From assembly GCA_016717165.1 (NCBI GenBank), contig JADKGA010000001.1, forward strand, positions 188,592 through 252,591: DNA of 64,000 bases, written 5' to 3'. A model generated the notes under the pieces. The model did not search any database and was not told the origin of the DNA. It was given only the letters and a program-made list of their open reading frames with translations. The DNA is from Candidatus Lutibacillus vidarii. Lineage in GTDB: Bacteria > Actinomycetota > Actinomycetes > Actinomycetales > Dermatophilaceae. Below are positions 1 through 10,219 of this stretch, one piece after another. The translations under genes and the position numbers were made by a program. The stretch's first letter is position 1. Each line of letters opens with the position of its first letter.

Positions 1-312
1 GAAGACCATGCCGATGTCACGGCGTTGGGCGGCGATCTCCTTGTCCTTGAGGCGGTGCAGGACCCCGCCCTTGTCGGCATACCCCATGAGCTCGCCGTCG
101 ACGAAGATCCGGCCGCCGTCGATTGTCTCGAGCTGGTTGATGCACCGGATGAAGGTCGTCTTGCCGGACCCGGACGGCCCGAGGAGGACGACGACCTGGC
201 CGGGGTAGACATCGAGGTCGATGCCGCGCAGGACGTGGTTGTCGTGGAAGGACTTGCTGACGTTGACCGCGTGGACGAGCGGCTCGCCGGTGCGCAGGGT
301 GGGGGTGCTCAT
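1..312 (-). CDS. amino-acid ABC transporter ATP-binding protein, N-terminal part (gene continues past the left edge)
   Basis: My translation of the reverse strand from ATG 312..310 gives MSTPTLRTGEPLVHAVNVSKSFHDNHVLRGIDLDVYPGQVVVLLGPSGSGKTTFIRCINQLE, with Walker A GPSGSGKT. There is an ATGA start/stop overlap with the permease. It is absent from the ORF track because it is truncated. Confidence 0.85.
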   Translation of the reverse strand, partial: MSTPTLRTGEPLVHAVNVSKSFHDNHVLRGIDLDVYPGQVVVLLGPSGSGKTTFIRCINQLETIDGGRIFVDGELMGYADKGGVLHRLKDKEIAAQRRDIGMVF

Positions 313-1268
313 CAGTGGTCCGCTCCCGCCGCGATGATCTTCTGTTCGGCCTTCTTGCGCTTCTTTCCGGTGGGTGCGCCGAAGCCGCGGCCGTAGTACT
401 TCTCGAGGTAGGACTGCCCGACCATGAGGATCGAGCAGACGATGAGGTACCACAGCGTCGCGGCGACGAATCCGGGCATGATCTTGAACGCCTTCGACCC
501 GAACAGCGTCGACTGGTAGTAGAGCTCGGTGATGACATTCGCTGCGATGAACAGCGAGGTGTCCTTGACCATGGCGATCGTCTCGTTGCCGGTCGGCGGC
601 ACGATGACGCGCATGGCCTGGGGCAGGACGATCCGGGTCATCGTCATCCCCGGGGACATCCCGAGCGCCTGGGCGGCCTCCGCCTGGCCCTTGTCGACCG
701 AGAGGATGCCGGCTCGGGCGATCTCGGCCATATAGGCCGCCTCGGACAGACCCAGGCCGAGAATGCCGATCCATACCGTGCTCGAGTAGTCGTTCCAGTT
801 GAACTGGAAGAACGTCAGGTCACTGCTCAGACCCAGCGACTTCGCGATCTGCTGTCCAAAGGGCACACCGATATCGAACTTGTTGTAGAGGTACCCGACA
901 CCGCTGGCCATGATCGCGAGCAGGACGTATCGGGGCATGGCGCGGAAGAACCACGTGTAGACGAAGGCGACCCCGCGCAGGACGAAGTTGTCGGACAGCC
1001 GCATGACGGCGAGGATCACGCCGAGCACGACACCGAGGATCATCGAGCCGACCGTGCCGAGGATCGTGCCCATCCACAGCCCGTTGATGACCGAGGACTG
1101 CTGCATGATCTGGAAGGCGTAGCCGAAGTCCCACTTGGGGTTCGTCACCAAGGAGCTGATCATCATCGCGGCGACGATCGCGATGATGGCAACGGCCACC
1201 CACCGTCCGGGGTGTCGGACCGGCCGGGCGTTGATCTCGCCCGGCCGGTCCATCGTCTGGGTTGTCAT
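312..1268 (-). CDS. polar amino-acid ABC transporter permease
   Basis: 318-aa ORF with several hydrophobic segments. The EAA-loop-like stretch SEAAYMAEIARAGILSVDKGQAEAAQALGMS is typical of His/Glu/Gln-type permeases. It lies between the SBP and ATPase genes. Confidence 0.9.
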   Translation of the reverse strand: MTTQTMDRPGEINARPVRHPGRWVAVAIIAIVAAMMISSLVTNPKWDFGYAFQIMQQSSVINGLWMGTILGTVGSMILGVVLGVILAVMRLSDNFVLRGVAFVYTWFFRAMPRYVLLAIMASGVGYLYNKFDIGVPFGQQIAKSLGLSSDLTFFQFNWNDYSSTVWIGILGLGLSEAAYMAEIARAGILSVDKGQAEAAQALGMSPGMTMTRIVLPQAMRVIVPPTGNETIAMVKDTSLFIAANVITELYYQSTLFGSKAFKIMPGFVAATLWYLIVCSILMVGQSYLEKYYGRGFGAPTGKKRKKAEQKIIAAGADH

Positions 1269-1271
1269 CCC

Positions 1272-2180
1272 TTAGCTAACCGTGTTGACGCCGAAGTCGG
1301 TGATGGCGCCACCCTCGCACTTCCACTTCGTGAGGATGGCCTTGTAGGTGCCGTCCTTCTCCAGTGCCTTGAGGGCGTCAACGATCGCGTTCGCGAACTC
1401 GGTCTGGTCCTTGGGCACGGCGTAGCCATACGGGGCCGAGTCGTACTGTGTGCCGAGCAGCTCGACCGTCCCCCCGGTGAGGTCGACCGCCGCGATGGCC
1501 GGCGGGAGGTCGACCATCATGGCGTCGGCCTTGCCGGACTGGACCATCGCGGTGACCTTGGCCTGGTCGGCGTCGATGAGCGGCTCGATTGCGGCCTTGC
1601 CCGCGTCGGTGCACTTCTTGCTCCGGGCGTTGAGGTCGTCGACCTGGACGGTGGCCTTCTGGACCGCGATCTTCAGGCCGCAGGCGTTCTCGGGATCGAT
1701 CTTCTTCGGGTTGCCCTTGGCGACGACCCACTGGGTGCCGGCCTTGAAGTAGCTCACCATGTTGACCTGCTTCTCTCGGTCGGGGTTGACCGTGAAGCTG
1801 GAGACGCCGACGTCGAACTTGCCGCTCTGAACGCCGAGGATGATCGAGTCGAAGCCGCTCGGCGACCACTCGGTCTTGACGCCGAACTTCGCCATGACCG
1901 CGTTGAACAGGTCGACGTCCATGCCGATGACGGTCTTGCCGTCATTGTCGAGGTACTCGTTCGGCTGGTAGGTCGCGTCGGTGCCGATGACGATCTTCCC
2001 GGCGGCCTTGATCTTGGCCGGCAGCTTGGCGGCCAGCGCCGGGTCGACCGTCGCGGTCGTCGTCGCGCCGGCGGGCGCGGTGGACTTGTTGTCGGTGGAC
2101 AGCGAGTTCGAGCCACAGGCACTCAGGGCGAGTCCGGCGGCGACGAGGCTGGTCAAGACCAGTGAGGAGCGGCGGTTCAT
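1272..2180 (-). CDS. amino-acid ABC transporter substrate-binding lipoprotein
   Basis: ORF 1272..2303. The likely start is the internal ATG at 2180 (MNRRSSLVLTSLVAAGLALSACGS, signal peptide plus lipobox LSAC). The body resembles family-3 solute-binding proteins. Confidence 0.85.
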   Translation of the reverse strand: MNRRSSLVLTSLVAAGLALSACGSNSLSTDNKSTAPAGATTTATVDPALAAKLPAKIKAAGKIVIGTDATYQPNEYLDNDGKTVIGMDVDLFNAVMAKFGVKTEWSPSGFDSIILGVQSGKFDVGVSSFTVNPDREKQVNMVSYFKAGTQWVVAKGNPKKIDPENACGLKIAVQKATVQVDDLNARSKKCTDAGKAAIEPLIDADQAKVTAMVQSGKADAMMVDLPPAIAAVDLTGGTVELLGTQYDSAPYGYAVPKDQTEFANAIVDALKALEKDGTYKAILTKWKCEGGAITDFGVNTVS

Positions 2181-2480
2181 CAGGTGGTGTCCTTCCCGTT
2201 TCGTGGGGTCGATGCCGCCGCAGCACCTGTGCAGCGGGCCCGTTCGGAAGGGTGCCCCATCAGAGTGGTCGGTGTCCACGACTTCGGCCGGATCGGAGTG
2301 CACCTGTAACCGATTGGCGGGGTGAATCGGGCTGAACGTGAGGGGAAACGTCGTTATGGCCCGGATGTCGCCGTCGATCGCTGGGCCGAACGCGCGCTCG
2401 GGCTGCGGAATCGATGGCGTGGCGGGGTTCTGACGACGAGGTACGCCGTCGGTCAGCGCGAGCGGGTGGGACGGCCGCGG

Positions 2481-2900
2481 TCAGCCGCGGGGCGGGATGG
2501 ACCGTGATCGTCCACGCAGCTCGGCGATGAGCGCGCCGTCGCCCTCCCGGGTCACCCGCACGTCGGTCAGCCCGCTGCGCCCGTAGGCCGCCCGCACCCG
2601 CGCCTCGGCCACGAGGACGTCCCCGAGCCGGGCCGGGGCGACGAAGGTGATATCGCCGCCGGCCGCCACGGTCGTCTGCCCGCGGGAGTTACAGGCCAGC
2701 GCGAAGGCCGAGTCGGCGAGGGTGAAGACATACCCGCCATGACAGATGTCGTGGCCGTTGACCATCGTCGCCGTCACCGGCATCCGCACCACCGCGTGGT
2801 CGACCTCGACGACCTCTGCGTCCATCCCGAGGGTGGCTGAGGCGAGGTCGTTAGCCCACATCCGCCGGACGTGGGTGAGGTCGGGGTCGGGGTCGGTCAC
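2481..2900 (-). CDS. paaI: PaaI-family hotdog thioesterase (hydroxyphenylacetyl-CoA thioesterase)
   Basis: 139 aa. The motif NGHDICHGGYVFTLADSAFALACNS is characteristic of PaaI. It sits next to paaH-like and paaN-like genes. Confidence 0.8.
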   Translation of the reverse strand: MTDPDPDLTHVRRMWANDLASATLGMDAEVVEVDHAVVRMPVTATMVNGHDICHGGYVFTLADSAFALACNSRGQTTVAAGGDITFVAPARLGDVLVAEARVRAAYGRSGLTDVRVTREGDGALIAELRGRSRSIPPRG

Positions 2901-2995
2901 GGGGGGGCTCCTGAGGTCGTGGTCAGCTGGTGTGCGGATCGGTGGGTCGGCCGGTCAGGGGTGGGCGGGTTTGGCGGGTTTGGTGGGTTTGGCTG

Positions 2996-4165
2996 TCAGC
3001 GCGCGTTGAGCCCGGGGCTGGGTCGGTAGCGACCACCGGGGTATGCCGCAGCCAGCTCGGCGAGCTGGGCGGCGATAACGTCGTACCCGATCTCGGCGCC
3101 CCAGGCGATCGGACCCTTGGGATACCTCGTGCCGAGGACCATCGCGATATCCACATCCCCCGCGCTCGCCGTCCCACTGTCCACAAGATCGACGGCCTCG
3201 TTGACGAGCATCGCCACGGTGCGCGCCAATGGGTTAGTCCGCAGTGGGCCGGTCAGGAGGGCGGCCACCTGCTTAGGGTCGGCGCTCGCGCCCTCCGGGG
3301 AGCCTGCGGCGTCATACCGGTAGACGCCGTGACGACTCTTGCGCCCGAGCCGACCCTGCCCGACGAGGTCCTGCTGGAAGGAGGTTGGTGCATATCGCGG
3401 ATCGTGACCGGTCTGTTCCCACACCGAGGTGCCGACGGCGAGGTTGACGTCCTGGCCGATGAAGTCGGTGAGCTCGAAGGGTCCCATGGGGAAGCCGCCG
3501 GAGCGGATCGCCGCGTCGATGGTCGGCGCGTCGGCGAGACTCTCCTGGAGCATCCGCTGCGCCTCGCCGTAGAACGGTCGGGCGACCCGGTTGACGATGA
3601 AGCCGGGCGTCGAGGCGCAGACGACCGGTGTCTTCCCCCAGGCCCGCATGAGCGAGGTGCAGCGCTCGACCAGGGCGGGGTCGGTGGCGCGGCCCCGGAC
3701 GACCTCGACGAGCCGCATTGCCGGCGGTGGGTTGAAGAAGTGCAGCCCGAGGACCCGCTCCGGGCTGGTCACCGCCTTGGCGATCGCGCCGATGTCGAGG
3801 CTGGAGGTATTCGACGCGAGGATCGTCGTCGCGCCCTGCCGACCGGCGACCTCGGCGAAGAGGGTCTGCTTCACGGCGAGGTCCTCGACGACCGCCTCGA
3901 TGACGAGGTCGCACGCGGGCAGCGCGTCGAGGGTCTCGGCGACGTGGACGCGGGCCTGCGCCGCGGCGACCTGGTCCGCGGTGAGCGTCCCGCGGTCGCC
4001 GGCGCGGGCGAGTCCGGAGCGGACCCGCGCGGCGCCCGCCTCGGCTGCACCGGCACACGCGTCATAGAGGTGGACGTCCTCGCCCGCCGCCGCGGCGACC
4101 TGGGCGATCCCCGATCCCATGGCGCCAGCTCCGAGGACGGCGACGGTGAGGTCCATGGCCCCCAT
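2996..4165 (-). CDS. 3-hydroxyacyl-CoA dehydrogenase family protein (PaaH/FadB-like)
   Basis: 389 aa with an N-terminal Rossmann motif VAVLGAGAMGSGIAQV and HFFNPPPAMRLVEV. An alternative start is at 4156 (MDLTV). Confidence 0.85.
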   Translation of the reverse strand: MGAMDLTVAVLGAGAMGSGIAQVAAAAGEDVHLYDACAGAAEAGAARVRSGLARAGDRGTLTADQVAAAQARVHVAETLDALPACDLVIEAVVEDLAVKQTLFAEVAGRQGATTILASNTSSLDIGAIAKAVTSPERVLGLHFFNPPPAMRLVEVVRGRATDPALVERCTSLMRAWGKTPVVCASTPGFIVNRVARPFYGEAQRMLQESLADAPTIDAAIRSGGFPMGPFELTDFIGQDVNLAVGTSVWEQTGHDPRYAPTSFQQDLVGQGRLGRKSRHGVYRYDAAGSPEGASADPKQVAALLTGPLRTNPLARTVAMLVNEAVDLVDSGTASAGDVDIAMVLGTRYPKGPIAWGAEIGYDVIAAQLAELAAAYPGGRYRPSPGLNAR

Positions 4166-4246
4166 CGTGGCACCCGCATCGCGCTCGCGGGGTGGGTGGG
4201 TCCGAGGTCACCTCGCCCGTGCGGGTCGCGTGGCTACCATCGACGT

Positions 4247-5962
4247 ATGTCGGCACCGGCGCCCCTCTCCCCGTCCGCCCACGAGCTCCTCGACCGCCAC
4301 GCGGCAACCCTGGCCGCGGCCACCGAGGCCTTGGCCGCGCGGAGCTACTACTCGAAGTACCCCGAGTCCCCGTCACCGCGGGTGTATGGCGAGACCGCGG
4401 CCGCGGACGGGGTGGCGGCATACGAGGCTCACCTCGGCCACCGGTATGACGCCCTCGCCGACCAACCCGGGGACGGCACCTGGGTGGGCGCCGAGGTCTC
4501 GCCCTACGGGCCGACGCTCGGGACGACCTACCCGCACCTGGACGTCGACGCCGCGGTCGCCGCTGCACAGGCCGCGCTGCCCGCCTGGCGCGACGCCGGG
4601 GCGCGGGTCCGGGCGGCGGTCTGCGTCGAGATCGTCGACCGCATCAACGCCCGGTCGTTCGAGATTGCCAATGCGGTCATGCACACCTCCGGCCAGCCCT
4701 TCGTCATGGCCTTCCAGGCCGCCGGCCCGCACGCCCAGGACCGGGCGCTGGAGTCGGTCGTCGCCGCGCTCGTCGAGCAGGAGCGCGTGCCTGCCTCGGT
4801 CGTCTGGGAGAAGCCGGGCCGGGACGCGCCGCTGCGGATGCAGAAGGACTACCGGGTCGTCCCGCGCGGCCTGGCGCTGGTCGTCTGCTGCAACACCTTC
4901 CCGACGTGGAACACCTACCCCGGGCTGTTCGCCTCGCTCGCCTGCGGCAACCCGGTGCTCGTCAAGCCGCACCCGCGGGCGGTGCTTCCGCTGGCCATCT
5001 CGGTCGAGATCGCCCGTGCGGTCCTCCGCGACGCGGGCTTCGACCCGGCCGCGGTCCAGCTCCTCCCCGAGGCCGAGGGGGAGGGCCTGGCCAAGACCTT
5101 GGCCGAGCGGCCCGAGGTCGCCATCGTCGACTACACCGGCGGCCCGGCCTTCGGACGTTGGCTCGAGCAGGCCGGGGCAGCCCGGGGCGCGCTGGTCTTC
5201 ACCGAGAAGGCCGGCATCAACTCGGTCGTCGTCGACTCCACCGACAACCTCCGCGGCGTCCTGGGCAATCTTGCCTTCTCGTTCACGCTCTACACCGGCC
5301 AGATGTGCACCACCCCGCAAAATGTCTACATCCCCGCGACCGGGGTCGACACCGACGAGGGCCACCTGTCCTTCGACGAGTTCGCCGACCGGTTGGCGGC
5401 TGCGGTGACGCGGCTGACCAGCGACGACGCCAAGGCGGTCGAGCTGCTTGGGGCAACGGTCAACGACGGCGTCCGGGCCAATATCGAGGGCCTCGACGAG
5501 CTCGCCGCCGAGGCCGGCGGCCGGGTGGTCCTCGCCTCGCGGGAGGTGACCCATCCGGCATACCCGGAGGCGGTGGTTCGCACCCCCGGACTGGTCGCCG
5601 TCGACGTGACCCGCGAGGACGTCTACACCCAGGAGTACTTCGGCCCGGTGAGCCTGCTGGTCCGCACCGCCTCGACGGCACAGTCGATCGCCCAGCTGCG
5701 CGACACCGTCCGCGAGCACGGCGCGATGACCGCGGCGGTCTACTCCACGTCGGAGCAGACCCTCGACGCCGCGCGGGACGCCGCGGCCGACGCCGGCGTG
5801 GCCCTGTCGGAGAATCTCACCGGTGCGGTCTTCGTCAACCAGACCGCGGCCTTCTCGGACTTCCACGGGACCGGCGCCAACCCCGCGGCGAACGCCGCGT
5901 ACACCGACGCCGCGTTCGTCGCGAACCGGTTCCGGATCGTCACCAGCCGTCGGCACGTATGA
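4247..5962 (+). CDS. paaN: phenylacetic acid degradation protein PaaN-like aldehyde dehydrogenase
   Basis: This is the 3' part of the long 2930..5962 ORF. ATG 4247 gives MSAPAPLSPSAHELLDRH. Aldehyde-dehydrogenase-like segments are present (FTEKAGINSVVVD, LYTGQMCTTPQNVYIP). The portion upstream of 4247 is antisense to the dehydrogenase gene. Confidence 0.8.
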   Translation: MSAPAPLSPSAHELLDRHAATLAAATEALAARSYYSKYPESPSPRVYGETAAADGVAAYEAHLGHRYDALADQPGDGTWVGAEVSPYGPTLGTTYPHLDVDAAVAAAQAALPAWRDAGARVRAAVCVEIVDRINARSFEIANAVMHTSGQPFVMAFQAAGPHAQDRALESVVAALVEQERVPASVVWEKPGRDAPLRMQKDYRVVPRGLALVVCCNTFPTWNTYPGLFASLACGNPVLVKPHPRAVLPLAISVEIARAVLRDAGFDPAAVQLLPEAEGEGLAKTLAERPEVAIVDYTGGPAFGRWLEQAGAARGALVFTEKAGINSVVVDSTDNLRGVLGNLAFSFTLYTGQMCTTPQNVYIPATGVDTDEGHLSFDEFADRLAAAVTRLTSDDAKAVELLGATVNDGVRANIEGLDELAAEAGGRVVLASREVTHPAYPEAVVRTPGLVAVDVTREDVYTQEYFGPVSLLVRTASTAQSIAQLRDTVREHGAMTAAVYSTSEQTLDAARDAAADAGVALSENLTGAVFVNQTAAFSDFHGTGANPAANAAYTDAAFVANRFRIVTSRRHV

Positions 5963-6747
5963 CGCCCCGGCCGTCCGACGGCGCGACCTCGGCGTCCGGG
6001 CCCGAGCCGGAGGTGTGGTTCTCGGCCGTCGAGCCGGGGGTGCTCGCGGTTTCCTGGGCCGCGGATGTCATTGCCACGGACGTCCGGCAGGCCGTCGGTG
6101 CGGTACTGGCCGATGGGCAGGCCGAGCGGGTCGTCGCCCGGGTTCCGGTGGCCGACCGACGCGGGGTGAGCATCGCCGGGCGGGCCGGGCTGCGCAAGGA
6201 GGGCGTCGAGCGCGGCGTGCCCGGGCTCGGTGACGTCGTCCGCCTGGCCCGGCTGGCCGCCGACCCCGAGCCGACGACCGCCGAGGGCTTCCGCGGCGTC
6301 CTCAACGCCGGGCTCAACCGCACCCGGGTCATCGCCCAGGTGCTCGTCACCGACGAGGTGGGCCGGGTGCTGCTCTGCGAGCTGACCTACAAGACGTACT
6401 GGGACCTGCCCGGTGGTGTCGTCGACCCGCACGAGTCACCGGCGGCCGGCGCGGCCCGCGAGGTGCTCGAGGAGCTCGGCGTCGAGATCACCGTCGAGGA
6501 CCTGCTCGTCGTGTCCTGGCTGCCACCCTGGCAGGGCTGGGATGACGCCTGCCTCTTCCTCTTCCGAGCCGTCGCGCCCTCGGATGTCGTCGAGGCGGCC
6601 ATGCTCGAGCACCGCGAGATCGCCGCCCTGCACTGGTGCCCGCCGGAGGACCTGGACGAGCACGTCGCCGACTACACCGCACGGCTGGTGCGGGCTGCGC
6701 TGGGGGCGACCGAGCCGCTCTACCTCGAGGACGCCCGCCCCCGCTGA
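5959..6747 (+). CDS. NUDIX hydrolase with an N-terminal extension of about 130 aa
   Basis: ATG 5959 overlaps the paaN-like stop (ATGA). The Nudix box is GGVVDPHESPAAGAAREVLEELGVE. The N-terminal half ends in GLRKEGVERG, reminiscent of the end of a GNAT fold. Confidence 0.75.
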   Translation: MTPRPSDGATSASGPEPEVWFSAVEPGVLAVSWAADVIATDVRQAVGAVLADGQAERVVARVPVADRRGVSIAGRAGLRKEGVERGVPGLGDVVRLARLAADPEPTTAEGFRGVLNAGLNRTRVIAQVLVTDEVGRVLLCELTYKTYWDLPGGVVDPHESPAAGAAREVLEELGVEITVEDLLVVSWLPPWQGWDDACLFLFRAVAPSDVVEAAMLEHREIAALHWCPPEDLDEHVADYTARLVRAALGATEPLYLEDARPR

Positions 6748-6763
6748 GCAGGCCCTGCGACGG

Positions 6764-7150
6764 TCAGGAGTTGTCGCCCGGCAGGATGATGCTGAGGAAC
6801 CACGAGACCGCGGTGATGACGACCGCGCCCATCACGGCGGACCAGAAGAACTCGGAGATCGAGAACGCCAGGCCGAGCTTGCCGGCGATATACGAGGTCA
6901 GCACGAGCATCAGGGCGTTGATGACGAAGATGAACAGCCCGAGGGTGAGGACGAGCGCCGGCAGCGCGAAGAGCTTGGCGATCGGCCGGACGATGGCGTT
7001 GACCAGCCCGAAGATCAGCGCCACGAGCAGCACGGTGATGAGGTTGGACCCGAGGTCCTTGCTCTCGCCGAGCGCGATGCCGGGGACGACCGTGGCGGCG
7101 ACCCAGAGGGCGACGGCGTTGATCCCGATCTTGATGAGGAAGGTCTTCAC
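6764..7150 (-). CDS. small membrane protein, phage-holin-family (DUF360-type)
   Basis: 128 aa with four hydrophobic segments. The N-terminus [25 protein letters not shown] is typical of this family. No phage genes lie nearby. Confidence 0.7.
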   Translation of the reverse strand: MKTFLIKIGINAVALWVAATVVPGIALGESKDLGSNLITVLLVALIFGLVNAIVRPIAKLFALPALVLTLGLFIFVINALMLVLTSYIAGKLGLAFSISEFFWSAVMGAVVITAVSWFLSIILPGDNS

Positions 7151-7254
7151 GGACCGAATCCTCGCACGGCGGACTGTACTGCGCGATGACCGCGCAACGG
7201 CTGCGCCTCGGCGCCCGAGGCGTCAGGGTCCGCAGTCGTCATACAGTGGCCGAC

Positions 7255-8352
7255 ATGACCGACGTGGCCCCTGACGACCCGCGCGAGCCCTGTCCGCGGG
7301 CAGTACTCGACGCGATGCCGTCATACAAGCCGGGCAAGCCGGCCACCCCGACAGGTGGTCTGGCGGCATACAAGATGAGCTCGAACGAGAACCCGTACCC
7401 GCCGCTGCCGTCCGTGCTGGCCGTCGTTCAGGCCGCCGCAGGCACGATCAACCGCTACCCCGACATGGCCGTGACCGCGCTGACCGAGGCGCTGGCGGAG
7501 AGCCTCGAGGTGCCCGCGGAGTGCATCGCCACCGGCACCGGGTCGGTCGGTGTGCTCGGCCAGGTCGTCCAGGCGATGTGCGAGGCCGGTGACGAGGTCG
7601 TCTATGCGTGGCGGTCCTTCGAGGCCTACCCCATCGTCTGCGCCGTGGCGGGGGCGGCCTCCGTGCCGGTGCCGCTCGCGCCGGGCCAGCGGCACGACCT
7701 GCCGGCGATGGCCGCCGCGGTGACCGAGCGCACCCGCGTGCTCATCGTCTGCACCCCGAACAACCCGACCGGGACGGTGGTCCGCGCGGACGAGCTCGAG
7801 GACCTCCTGGCCGCCGTCCCGCCGTCGGTCCTCGTCGTCATCGACGAGGCCTACTGCGAGTTCGTCACCGACGACTCGGGGCCCGACGCGATGGCGCTCT
7901 GGCGCCGGCACGAGAACGTCATGGTGTTGCGGACCTTCTCCAAGGCCTACGGGCTCGCCGGGCTGCGGGTCGGCTATGCCGTCGCCCACCCGCGCGTCGC
8001 GGCCGCGCTGCGCAAGACCGCGGTCCCCTTCGGGGTCAACTCGCTCGCCCAGGCGGCCGGGGTCGCCTCACTGGCGGCGTATGACGAGCTCGAGGTGCGG
8101 GTCAAGGCGCTCGTGGCGGAGCGGGAGCGGGTCGAGGCCGAGCTGGCCGACCAGGGCTGGCAGCTGGAGCCGAGCTCGGCGAACTTCGTCTGGTTCCCGC
8201 TCGGAGCCCGCTCGACCGAGTTCGCGGCCGCCTGCGAGGAGGTGGGCCTGATGGTGCGTCAGTACGGCGACGACGGGGTGCGCGTGACGATCTCCGAACC
8301 CGAGGCCAACGACCGGCTGCTCTCGGTCACCGAGCGGTTCCGCACCCGCTGA
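7255..8352 (+). CDS. class I/II aminotransferase (histidinol-phosphate / aromatic aminotransferase type)
   Basis: ORF 7186..8352. The likely start is ATG 7255 (MTDVAPDD). The motifs [17 protein letters not shown] and [16 protein letters not shown] (PLP lysine) are typical. Confidence 0.85.
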   Translation: MTDVAPDDPREPCPRAVLDAMPSYKPGKPATPTGGLAAYKMSSNENPYPPLPSVLAVVQAAAGTINRYPDMAVTALTEALAESLEVPAECIATGTGSVGVLGQVVQAMCEAGDEVVYAWRSFEAYPIVCAVAGAASVPVPLAPGQRHDLPAMAAAVTERTRVLIVCTPNNPTGTVVRADELEDLLAAVPPSVLVVIDEAYCEFVTDDSGPDAMALWRRHENVMVLRTFSKAYGLAGLRVGYAVAHPRVAAALRKTAVPFGVNSLAQAAGVASLAAYDELEVRVKALVAERERVEAELADQGWQLEPSSANFVWFPLGARSTEFAAACEEVGLMVRQYGDDGVRVTISEPEANDRLLSVTERFRTR

Positions 8353-8366
8353 GCGCCTCGACAACG

Positions 8367-8422
8367 CCAGGGTTGTTCGGTTCTGCCACCCCTGCAGGTG
8401 TGGCAAACCCGAACAACCCTGG
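8367..8422. terminator. long imperfect hairpin between convergent genes (bidirectional terminator candidate)
   Basis: ccagggttgttcggttctgccac ... gtggcaaacccgaacaaccctgg forms a 23-bp stem with 2 mismatches. It lies between the aminotransferase stop and the SulP stop. Confidence 0.6.
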
Positions 8423-8440
8423 CGGAGTCGGGCGCGCGGG

Positions 8441-10219
8441 TCAGGTCGTCGGCCAGGGGGTCGGCGTGCCCAGGTGCGGTGGGGTGCCGGCCGGCGGCTC
8501 GCCATACCGGTCCTCGTACCAGGACACGTATGCCGCAACCGCGGTCGGCAAGGTGGCGTAGACGTGGTGCTCGCCGATCCGGTCGAGGAAGCCGGTGCGG
8601 CGCAGATCGTCGGCGACCTCGAACTTCACCCGGGCGAAGGCGAGGGTGACCCCGCGCCGGTCGAGCTCGGTGCGCAGCTCGTCGAGGACGTCGACCGAGG
8701 TGAGGTCGACATGGGTGTTCGCCTCGGCGTTGACGAGCAGCCACTCGGTGGGTGTCGACACCCGGTCCAGTGACTCCAGAGCCCGGCGCCGGAAGTTCTC
8801 GACATTGGCGAAGTAGAGCGGGGAGTCGTACCGGTAGACGAGCAGGCCGGCGACCTGGGTGGCCTCGGGGTAGTCGTCGACATCGTGCATGCCGGCGCGC
8901 CCGGGGACGTACCCGAGGATGCCGTCGTGCGGGCGCGACACCCGACGCAGCAGGTCGAGCACCGACAGCCCGACCGCGACGAGGACCCCGTAGAGGATGT
9001 CGACGGTGAGCACGCCGAGCATCGTGACGATCGCCAGCCCGAACTCGGAGCGCCGGAACTCCCATAGCCGCCGGAACTCCGGGATGTCCACCAGCCGCGA
9101 GGCGGCCCAGATGACGAGGGCGCCGAGCGCGGCCCGGGGGAAGGACGCCAGCACCCCGCGCCCGCAGAGCAGGGTGACGATGACGGCGAGCAGCGCGACG
9201 AGCGAGTAGACCTGGGTGCGCGAGCCGAGCGAGTCCCCGATCGTCGTCCGGGACCCGCTGGAGGAGACCGGGAAGCCCTGCATGGTCGCCGAGGCGACAT
9301 TGGCCGCACCCAGCGCAAGGAGCTCCTGGTTCGCGTCGACCGAGTAGCCATTGCGGGTCGAGAAGGTCCGCGCGGTGAGGATGTTGTCGGTGTAGCCCAC
9401 GACGGCGACCCCGAGCGCGGGCAGGACGAGTGAGGACAGGTCGCTCAGCTGGAACTGCGGCAGCCGCGGCACGGGCACACCGGCCGGCACCTCGCCGATG
9501 ACGGCGATCCCGCGCGCTCTCAAGCCGAAGACCGCAACGGCGCCCGCGGCGAGGAGCATGACGATGAGCGGGACGGGCAGCTTGGGGAAGATCCGGCGGC
9601 CGAGGACGAGCAGGGTGACGACGATGACCGAGAGGGTGACCGTCGTGAGGTTGGCGTCGCCGAGGTGGCTGATGGTGTCGCCGAACTGCCCGAAGACCGA
9701 GTCGGCCTTGACCTTAATGCCGGTGACCTTGCCGAGCTGGCCGGCCACCATGATGACGGCGACGCCGGCCATGTACCCGACGAGCACCGGCTTGGAGAGC
9801 AGCTCGGCGAGGAAGCCGAGCCGGGCGACATATCCGACGAGGCACATCACCCCGACCATGAGCGCGAGGATCGCCGCAAGGCCGGCATACCGACCGGCGT
9901 CACCGAGCGCGAGCGGAGCGACGGCGGTCGCCGTCATCAGGGCGGTCGTCGACTCCGGACCGACCGAGAGCTGGCGGGACGAGCCGAAGAAGGCGTAGAC
10001 CGCCATCGACCCCATGATCGCCCACAGGCCCACGACCGGCTGGAGGCCGGCCACCTCGGCATACGCCATGACCTGCGGGATGAGGTATGCCGCGACCGTG
10101 ATCCCCGCGACGAGGTCACCGCGGAGCCAGGGCCGTTCATAGGCCGTCATCGAGGCCAGCCCGGGCAACAGGGCGCCTCGTGTCGGGCGGCGTCGGGCAG
10201 CAGCCATGGTGGGCAGCAT
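8441..10219 (-). CDS. SulP-family anion (sulfate) permease with C-terminal STAS domain
   Basis: 592 aa with many TM segments. AYLIPQVMAYAEVAGL is a SulP signature region. The soluble C-terminal part (LLVNAEANTHVDLTSVDVLDEL) is STAS-like. Start codon uncertain. Confidence 0.85.
   Translation of the reverse strand: MLPTMAAARRRPTRGALLPGLASMTAYERPWLRGDLVAGITVAAYLIPQVMAYAEVAGLQPVVGLWAIMGSMAVYAFFGSSRQLSVGPESTTALMTATAVAPLALGDAGRYAGLAAILALMVGVMCLVGYVARLGFLAELLSKPVLVGYMAGVAVIMVAGQLGKVTGIKVKADSVFGQFGDTISHLGDANLTTVTLSVIVVTLLVLGRRIFPKLPVPLIVMLLAAGAVAVFGLRARGIAVIGEVPAGVPVPRLPQFQLSDLSSLVLPALGVAVVGYTDNILTARTFSTRNGYSVDANQELLALGAANVASATMQGFPVSSSGSRTTIGDSLGSRTQVYSLVALLAVIVTLLCGRGVLASFPRAALGALVIWAASRLVDIPEFRRLWEFRRSEFGLAIVTMLGVLTVDILYGVLVAVGLSVLDLLRRVSRPHDGILGYVPGRAGMHDVDDYPEATQVAGLLVYRYDSPLYFANVENFRRRALESLDRVSTPTEWLLVNAEANTHVDLTSVDVLDELRTELDRRGVTLAFARVKFEVADDLRRTGFLDRIGEHHVYATLPTAVAAYVSWYEDRYGEPPAGTPPHLGTPTPWPTT

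Noticed and set aside
315-2165. Long ORFs antisense to or overlapping real genes. Examples are 315..2165, 12524..14395, 14128..16494, 17855..19672, 18754..20922, 20018..21604, 23015..24676, 41326..43380, 49933..51759, 52107..53786, 52528..54510 and the 5' part of 59862..61973.
   Set aside because: They have Arg/Gly/Pro/Asp-rich low-complexity translations and no motifs, and they lie opposite ORFs with clear family signatures. These are typical open-frame artefacts of ~70% G+C DNA.
2930-5962. A 1010-aa ORF that would be the largest protein in the region.
   Set aside because: Its first ~440 codons are antisense to the well-supported hydroxyacyl-CoA dehydrogenase gene and look like GC-rich shadow sequence. 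Only the part from ATG 4247 (PaaN-like) is credible.
6764-7150. A phage-holin-family gene as a sign of a prophage.
   Set aside because: It is a single small membrane gene flanked by housekeeping genes, with no terminase, capsid, tail, integrase or lysin genes anywhere nearby.
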